DNA from: Schmidtea polychroa
Lineage: Eukaryota
Assembly (NCBI GenBank): GCA_044892525.1
Contig: CM097885.1
Span: 11,038,001 to 11,102,000 of the forward strand
DNA length: 64,000 nt
Direction: 5' to 3'
The position numbers and the translations under genes are program-made. Under the pieces are notes generated by a model that saw only the letters and a list, made by a program, of their open reading frames with translations, was not told the DNA's origin and did no database searches. Shown one piece after another: positions 56,735 through 64,000 of this stretch; position 1 is the first letter of the stretch; each line of letters begins with the position of its first letter.

Positions 56735-56770
56735 AGTAGGGTAACATGTGGACCCGGGAACAAAGACATG

Positions 56771-56897
56771 TGACGTCATATATGACGCAATATATACGTA
56801 TTACGTCATAACACCCGTGGTAGGGATATTTTTTAGGTCAAATTTAAGGGTCAACTTATGGTCATGGTAAGGTCACAGTAAGGTCAATCTGGGGTCA
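56771..56897 (+). promoter_or_regulatory. CRE/ATF-like sites and a phased RGGTCA half-site array in the Polinton terminus
   Basis: TGACGTCA at 56771, TGACGCAA at 56783, TTACGTCA at 56801; (A/G/T)GGTCA at 56835, 56848, 56859, 56870, 56881, 56892. Confidence 0.55.
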
Positions 56898-57096
56898 AAT
56901 ATTTAAAATATTTTAAATTTGAATTCCCAAATTATTTTACCATCGATATAAACCATATAACTACTATTACGCTCACGGTAGTACTTTGAGTTTATCCGAC
57001 AAGATATTCTGTCCCCCATAAGGGTACTGCTCACACTCAACAGCTCACAAGGGTATCAATAGAAATATTGTAGCAAAAACTCATATAGTCTATCAA

Positions 57097-57137
57097 CCAA
57101 TCAGAATCATAAGGCACACAATTCTGTAGTATAAATA
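57097..57137 (+). promoter_or_regulatory. CCAAT and TATA box upstream of the Bcl-2-like gene
   Basis: CCAAT at 57097-57101, TATAAATA at 57130-57137, ATG at 57166. AATAAA lies at 57719, after the stop. Confidence 0.55.
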
Positions 57138-57165
57138 AAACATTATATTTTAAATTACTGTAAAA

Positions 57166-57693
57166 ATGTCAAAACCTAATTTCATTGGCAACTTCCTAAA
57201 AGAGATCGTCAGCAAAAACATTACGGAAAGCCTCAGTTTCCTAATCAATCGGACTGAACAAATTATTAAAGGTAACCATATCGACTGCCAGAACATGATG
57301 GATATGGAATGCCTTGAAACAAAGAAGTTTTATTTTAATCGAATCTTCAATTGCCTATTCGACGAAGAAATGAAGTGGACCCGAATAATTGTAGGATTCA
57401 CTTATATGAAAATTATCATCGAAAAAAGTTTATGGGACTCAGAACATTACTACAAGTGGTCTCAAGAAGTAATTTATTTTATAATCTATATTTTAATAAT
57501 ATTCATTTTTTAGATAATCAAATCCAAATTTACTCCGTGGATAGAAGCCAATGGCGGATGGGGTTTATTAAATCAACTCGCCCGAAATGCCAAGGAAATC
57601 GACGAGCACAAAATAAAGTTTAAAAACTATATTAAACTTGCAACAGGTGTTGCTATCTTGTATATTATTTGTCGATTTTTGAATAAAAATTAA
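57166..57693 (+). CDS. Bcl-2 family protein, 160 aa, two exons (57166-57468, 57514-57693)
   Basis: 45-nt GT-AG intron, phase 0. BH1-like LFDEEMKWTRIIVGFTY, BH2 FTPWIEANGGWG, and a C-terminal hydrophobic anchor LATGVAILYIICRFLNKN. Confidence 0.87.
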
Positions 57694-57752
57694 TTTTGTT
57701 ACTTTGTTTTATTTCTAAAATAAATTGACAAGAAATAATTAACTAAAATTTA

Positions 57753-58114
57753 TTAATTAACATATTCGCAATCGTCATCTCCACATTTCATAACATTTTC
57801 GATGACATGATCTATACAATCATTTGTAATATTTTCCAGATCTTTAGCTTCATCTACAGGTTCATCAATTTCTTGGGTGTCATCAGTTTCTTGACTATAA
57901 TCGGTTTCTTCAACTTCCTGATCATCAAATCCTGAATCTTGACTCTCAACTACCCAGCCTATATTTAATGCATTTATATTTAATGCATAATATGTCCTCT
58001 ATTTTTACACCAGCTATTTCTGATAATTTTTCTAATAATAAAAGTTTATTACAAATTCTAAATATTAAATAATTCGATAATTAACTAATCATATTAACCT
58101 TTTTCTGTAGTCAT
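57753..58114 (-). CDS. Putative small acidic protein, about 80 aa, three exons (58114-58099, 58031-58011, 57958-57753)
   Basis: Phase-compatible GT-AG introns of 67 and 52 nt give MTTEKEKLSEIAGWVVESQDSGFDDQEVEETD...CEYVN*. Confidence 0.45.
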
Positions 58115-58133
58115 TATTATTAACACTTTAAAT

Positions 58134-58709
58134 CTATTGTTTAAATTCAAGATAACGAATAATAATTTTATTTTCATCCACAGAGCCACGGGGATCAGTT
58201 TTGAATAATAACAGTTTGTCCATTTCAATACCATAAGATAATGCCATCATTGAACAACCTAATGGTCGCATCTCAGTTGATTGGGTAGAAAGCTGCTTAA
58301 TATCCGCAATAGAACGACATATTATGTCACAAGGCATTTCATATCCATGTTTATATCTAAATCGAGCTGCTTCCATTTGTGCACGACATACTTGATATCC
58401 ATAATCAGGGATCATACCAGTCATGACACCTCCAGGACTTTCAGTAATATTAAACAACCTTGTAGAAGAACTCTTCTCAATCATTTTATCTGGAACCTTT
58501 CTTTGTGTAGCTACTACATCACAATTATTGCATCGAATACCAACGAAAATCCATCCACCAAATAAATTTAATATTAGTTGGCCAAAAACACCATTAACGT
58601 TATCAGGATCTCTTGGGATCATAAAAAAGGAACCATCAGTTTCATTGGTAGTATTTCCAATTTCCATTGAGTTATCAGATTCATACATTTCTTCATTAAA
58701 AGCAGCCAT
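58134..58709 (-). CDS. Chimeric ORF: 50-aa acidic N-terminus fused in frame to an intronless proteasome alpha-6 (PSMA6-like) fragment
   Basis: aa 51-175 match PSMA6: VGIR..DVVATQRKVPDK, LFNITE..G.VMTGM..D...QV.RA..EAA.F.YK.GYEMP.D, IADI.Q..TQ..EMRPLGCSM, KTDP.G. Confidence 0.85.
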   Translation of the reverse strand: MAAFNEEMYESDNSMEIGNTTNETDGSFFMIPRDPDNVNGVFGQLILNLFGGWIFVGIRCNNCDVVATQRKVPDKMIEKSSSTRLFNITESPGGVMTGMIPDYGYQVCRAQMEAARFRYKHGYEMPCDIICRSIADIKQLSTQSTEMRPLGCSMMALSYGIEMDKLLLFKTDPRGSVDENKIIIRYLEFKQ

Positions 58710-58827
58710 ATTTTATCATCATTAGACTCCAGCAAAAAACCAAAAACAACTCATAATTCTATTCAAATCGATAACAACTCTAAAATTACAAAATCACAAA
58801 AACTCTAATCAAAAATTTTCCTACCTC

Positions 58828-58980
58828 TTGCTCGCGTCTGTGTGCGCACACAATTCCAACCAACAAAGCAAAAAGCGCACACAAACGCGACACACCAAAA
58901 ACCCAACCCAAAAAATGACATTGCTCGCGCCTGCGTGCGCACACAAACCCATCACACAATACAACGCGCACACAGACGCA
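58828..58980 (-). promoter_or_regulatory. Repeated GC-rich motif TTGCTCGCGTCTGTGTGCGCACA (candidate element promoter)
   Basis: Copies at 58828-58850 and 58921-58943 (2 mismatches); identical copy at 17411-17433. Confidence 0.5.
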
Positions 58981-59120
58981 CATTGAGCTCATAATTTACC
59001 ATCTATAATGTATATTTGTTTATAGAATGTCTTTGTTTTGCACTGATGGTGCATTTTCATTGTTAAATAAATGAAAAAACAAATACGAGTAAATACATTT
59101 ATTAAATACATCAACATTTA

Positions 59121-59549
59121 TTATAATAGGTGTAAAAGTCTAGCAGACATAATTTTCCAAATTGGAGAATACACATCATTATTATCAACTTTATATCCTT
59201 GGATTGCAATGGTTATATACCAATTTTCTTTTACTTTGAAGCCGATTTCATCAAAGGAATCATATAATCTTGCATATCGGTTGTTAAACCATGCATGTTG
59301 TTTACATGATAGATTCGTATTCAACCGTTTGAAAACATCATCAATAGATTTAACATCTATCATTGAAAGTGTGCCGGATAAGAATTGAAATTTAGTCGGA
59401 ATTAGCTTGATCGGTGTCACCAATTTCATATTGATTTCTTCTTTAAAAAAATGCATTTTATATTTGTGGAACATTTGAACAGGTTGTACAAATTCTGCAA
59501 CAACAACAACCTTTGGTTTTTCAGTGCTTGATATTTTCTTGATCATCAT
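59121..59549 (-). CDS. Hypothetical 142-aa Polinton protein (possibly OB-fold/SSB-like)
   Basis: Intact ORF with a beta-rich C-terminus WYITIAIQGYKVDNNDVYSPIWKIMSARL; the fold is a guess. Confidence 0.45.
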   Translation of the reverse strand: MMIKKISSTEKPKVVVVAEFVQPVQMFHKYKMHFFKEEINMKLVTPIKLIPTKFQFLSGTLSMIDVKSIDDVFKRLNTNLSCKQHAWFNNRYARLYDSFDEIGFKVKENWYITIAIQGYKVDNNDVYSPIWKIMSARLLHLL

Positions 59550-59594
59550 GAGTTATGATTAAGTTAATAAATTTGTAAATTACTAAAATCAAAT

Positions 59595-59966
59595 TTGTTC
59601 AAAACAAAATTCAACAATATTTATTGGCATAAGGGCGCCGACGAAGAACATGGATTGACGCAATCAAGTTTCTGTCAGTTGAAAAACATGAAAATAGTCA
59701 AGGGATTTGATAAAAACTGGTCAAGTCGTTTGAAGAAAGATGATGTCATCATTATCGATGATTTGTATCAAGAAGGCAATAAAGAAAAGGATTTTAATAA
59801 TTTATTCACAAAAATCAGCAGACATGTTGGTGTAACAGTTATTTTCATAACACAAAATCTATTTCATCAAGGTGGTGCACATCCAACACGTAATTTAAAT
59901 GTACAATATTTAGTTATTTTCAAGAATCTTAGAGATGCAACTGTCATTGATTTTCTTGGACGACAA

Positions 59967-59968
<2 letters not shown>
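59595..59968 (+). pseudogene. Polinton A32/FtsK-like packaging ATPase fragment
   Basis: Walker B VIIIDDL, LFTKISRH, VIFITQNLF, RNLNVQYLVIFKN.RD. Walker A is missing and the C-terminus is replaced by (TA)n. Confidence 0.9.

Positions 59969-60041
<73 letters not shown>
59969..60041. repeat. (TA)n microsatellite at a deletion junction
   Basis: Read directly from the sequence. Confidence 0.95.
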
Positions 60042-60044
<3 letters not shown>

Positions 60045-60119
60045 AACAAGGGGAATTTCGGTGCATTGATACCTTTAGCAATATCATTGTTAGGTGGAAT
60101 AATAGGAAGTCGATCATAA
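60042..60119 (+). pseudogene. C-terminal remnant of an adenovirus pX-like amphipathic core peptide
   Basis: KGNFGALIPLAISLLGGIIGSRS* resembles the adenoviral pX GGFLPALIPIIAAAIG motif and sits just before the integrase. Confidence 0.6.
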
Positions 60120-60159
60120 ACAATGGGTGTTAAATTTAATATTAAATCTTCTTGTTGTA

Positions 60160-60733
<574 letters not shown>

Positions 60734-63326
60734 CAGTGGCGGATTTAGCTATAGGCGTTGGGGGGCGAGTCGCCCCTCCACGCCCCTATTGAATCCTAAT
60801 TGGCACCCCCCAAAGATAATTTTTATGAATGTGTACAAGCATTAAGATTAATCCGATCACTGACACTGACAATTTAATATATCTTTGATTTGGAAGAGCT
60901 AAATGGATTGAAATGTATTCTAATATCACTGCAGCATACAGCTGCTCAGAGTCACCGTTTATAGATTTTTATTATTATTGATAGTACCTATTACTCTGCT
61001 ATGTTGTTAAACATAGTTGATGCTGCACAGCAGCAGGTATATTCTTCAGTAGTGCAGATTACTGCTTACTCAGCAGTGCTGAGACTGCCACTAACCAGAC
61101 GGCCTGGCCTTTCTCTTATTACAGTTATGTCTGTGTACAAAGTTCAACTGGATTTAAGCCACTCCAACTGTTATTCTGCATCATATTAATAATATTACAT
61201 GGCTCCAGTGAAGAGCGACTGTTTGAAGTTTTTAAACTTGTATAGTGTTTTTACATAAATCTAACCATAATAATTATTGTCAAATTGGACTTTTTTTGAC
61301 AAATAAATTATTGCGTTACTATTGAAATATTAAAATAATATTCAATATTGAATTAAAATAAAATTTAAATTAGAGCCATGGCTGAGTCAGCTGGTGACAC
61401 TAATAAAAGGAAAGCAGTTACCAAATTAAGTGGATCATCTAAGCGTAAATTCACAAAGGAAGCCATTCTCAAGGAAGATGCTAGCAAATATATTAAGTTA
61501 ACATCATTCTAAACTGCCAGTAGTTCAATCAACTGAAGTTTCTGCTAAAAATGAGCAGGTATTTGATGATCAACACCCATCTACGCATTCGAGTTCCTGT
61601 GCTGAGCCTGCTGAGACAGAAACATCATCTGAAGTTCTTGTTGAAGATGAGTAAGTACTATCTGTAGTTGATGAACAACACCCAGCAATACATTCATGTG
61701 CAGAGAATACTGAGACGGTAACATTACATGCTTAGGGCTTGAAACATAATCACGGTGATTCAGAATTTGATACAGTGGAAAAACAACTTGCTTCAGATAT
61801 TTTACAAGAACCACTTCTTCCTCAATCCGACTTTCCTACAGATTCAGGACTCTACATTAATACGAGCATAAGCTCGAAACTGATACGAAAATTGTTTGAA
61901 ATCGGACCATGTCAACCTGGACTCAATGAACCATTTCAATTTCCGACAGATTAATTGGGGCGCAAATTCAAATTTCTTGGTACACAAAATGTTTTGGAAA
62001 AGGTAGTATGAAGGAGAAAAGAAATTGGCTTGAATATTCACCAACAAATCAAAAAATGCATTGCCAAGCTTACTGGTTATTCGCTGATTGTAAAACTGAA
62101 AATTATAGCAAGAAATGGTCCGACCCAAAATTTGGAGTTTATGACTGGAAAAAAGGCATGGAAAAGATCGCTAAACATGAAACTTCCAATCAACATCAAA
62201 GTGCAATATGTCAATATTTGCTGGCTAAATATCGCATTTCAAATGATAAAACTGTGATATCTGGTTTGATCTGTCAGGAGCGTTATCAAGTGGAAAAAAA
62301 TAGAGAAGTTTTGAAACGAATGGTAGATGCAACGTTGTTTTTAGAAAAACTAGGTTTGCCATTTAGAGGACACAAGGAACATTCTGGCTCTGACAGGTGT
62401 AGTAATACTAGAAATTTTCGTAAATTGCTATTTTTATTGGCTAAATATGATTCCACTTTGGATAATCATCTAAAGTTTGAAAGGAAAAATGAACTTTATT
62501 TATGAACTTTATTTATGACCTAATTCAATCACTTGCTTCAGAATTATCCGCAAATATTGATAATGAAGTTAGGTCTGCACAATTCCTTTCTCTAATTGTT
62601 GATTCAACAATTGATATCTTCAGAGTTGATCAGATGTCAGTTTCTTTAAGATTAGTGTTAAAATCAGGACAAGTTGTTGAACGATTTATAGGCTTCTACA
62701 TATTGGAAAACAGTAATGCTGCAGCATTTTCTGATATATTATTAACGGAGTTACAAAAGCAAAACAGTGACATTACACTTTGTAGAGGACAGGCATATGA
62801 TGGTGCCTCTGTGATGTCTGGGATTAAAAATGGTCTTCAAACTAAGATAAAGACACTTTCACCAAATGCCATCTTTGTTCACTGTTGTTCTCATGCATTG
62901 AATTTGGTGACTTTTGAAGCAATGTCTCTTAACAGTGATGTTCAGTTGTTTTTTGGTACAACAGAAAAGTTGTATACTTTCCTTACATCAAGTCTACCAC
63001 GACTACATATCCTCGAAGAACATCAGAAGTCTCGATATGAATCGACAGTAGATACTCTAAAACGACTTTCTGATACAAGATGGGCAAGCCGAAAGCATGC
63101 AGTTGATGCAGTTGTTGGATCATTCGCCGCTATTATATCTACTCTAGAAGATATAAATTTTGGGGAATCAAAAGAATACAAAGGAAGTGTCAGAGCAGAA
63201 GCTATGGGACTATTTATTTTAATAACAAAATATTCTTTTGTTTTTCTGATGCTATTTCTACAAAAGCTGTTAGATAATATCTTTGTGTTATCAAACTATT
63301 TGCAACGAAAGGACATTGATATTGCG
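60734..63326 (+). mobile_element. hAT element (ZMYM1-like transposase, frameshifted); right end lost
   Basis: Left terminus CAGTGGCGGATTT. TTF-like zinc-finger remnant RNWLEYS...KHETSNQH, LGLPFRGH, DSTID..RVDQMS, CRGQAYDGASVMSG, FVHCCSHALNL, LKRLSDTRW. Confidence 0.92.
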
Positions 63327-63943
63327 TTTCCAAATTTGTATAGCAGTAAATCTCCTTGTATCCACGTAAGTGACATCTCTGGCATTGAATAGTTGAACAT
63401 TCTCGCCGTACGTGGCCTTCAACTTCGCGTGCAAAACACGTCATTTTTCATTTGGCATTCTCGATTAATATGACCAGTTTTCTTGCATGTCAAGTAATGT
63501 TGTAGTTAATATTACTTGCATCCTAATTGTTGTTTTTGTCGCCCCAAAAAACCTTTGACAATCCCTGATAAAATTTTCTAGATCATCGCCTTTGTGAAAT
63601 TTCTCAGGTAATAGTCTGCTTATCAATAAATCAGTGGTCGTGGTCGCCATGTTAGACGCAATTAAATTCAAATCTTCTTCAAGCATTTATTTTTTATAAC
63701 AACTTCAAAACTGTCTCGTTTACTAGCGTATTTAAACCCCGAGGTGTGATAATTATAATTATTAATGTAATTACTGGTCATACATTTAATTTATTTAATT
63801 TAATATAATTTAATATAATATGATATAATTTATTATAGAATTTAAATATAAAAATTTAATAGAAATAATTATTTCTACTAACTGATCTCACTTCTACCAT
63901 TTAACCATAATAATCTTATATAGGAGTTTACTAACTCCTTACA
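63327..63943 (-). mobile_element. Truncated Gypsy element: 5' LTR (63943-63650), PBS and deleted gag
   Basis: On the minus strand TGTAAG...TAACA is followed by PBS TGGCGACCACG. Gag PEKFHKGDDLENFIRDCQRFF and two degenerate CCHC knuckles (CF..EVEGH.RREC; CQRCHLRGY...C). Confidence 0.82.
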
Positions 63944-63944
63944 C

Positions 63945-64000
63945 ACCCCATCCGCCATTGGCTTCTATCCACGGAGTAAATTTGGATTTGATTATCTAAA
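63945..64000 (-). repeat. Exact 56-bp inverted copy of the Bcl-2-like intron end/exon 2 (57509-57564), running off the window
   Basis: The reverse complement TTTAGATAATCAAATCCAAATTTACTCCGTGGATAGAAGCCAATGGCGGATGGGGT is identical to 57509-57564. Confidence 0.95.

Noticed and set aside
57166..57513. 115-aa ORF ending in a hydrophobic tail VIYFIIYILIIFIF
   Set aside because: The tail is the unspliced intron; the spliced form restores BH2 and the true anchor.
58134..58709. Host PSMA6 gene
   Set aside because: It lacks the conserved N- and C-terminal parts, has no introns and lies within a mobile element, so it is not the functional host locus.

Overview
AT-rich eukaryotic (metazoan) genomic DNA with short 44-53 nt introns and long (ATT)n/(TA)n microsatellites. 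A planarian-like flatworm is a plausible source, but that is inference only. The one clear host gene is a minus-strand, at least 10-exon SR-protein kinase (SRPK, 33779-47503), which contains a textbook U12-type (minor spliceosome) intron. Most of the rest is decayed mobile DNA: hAT remnants and MITEs, three Gypsy LTR pieces, a Penelope GIY-YIG remnant, and MULE, Kolobok/Mutator-like, Tigger, mariner and piggyBac derivatives. The most notable region starts at 56735. It is an internally deleted Polinton/Maverick (adintovirus-like) element with packaging ATPase, pX-like peptide and retroviral-type integrase remnants. It carries an intact, spliced, membrane-anchored Bcl-2 homolog, apparently inside its terminal inverted repeat, since an exact inverted copy begins at the window edge. 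It also carries an in-frame captured proteasome alpha (PSMA6-like) fragment, a phased nuclear-receptor half-site array, and an (ATT)n-filled intron in the integrase. A separate 849-bp TG...CA insertion with a cargo ORF (16682-17530) shares a 23-bp upstream motif with this Polinton.
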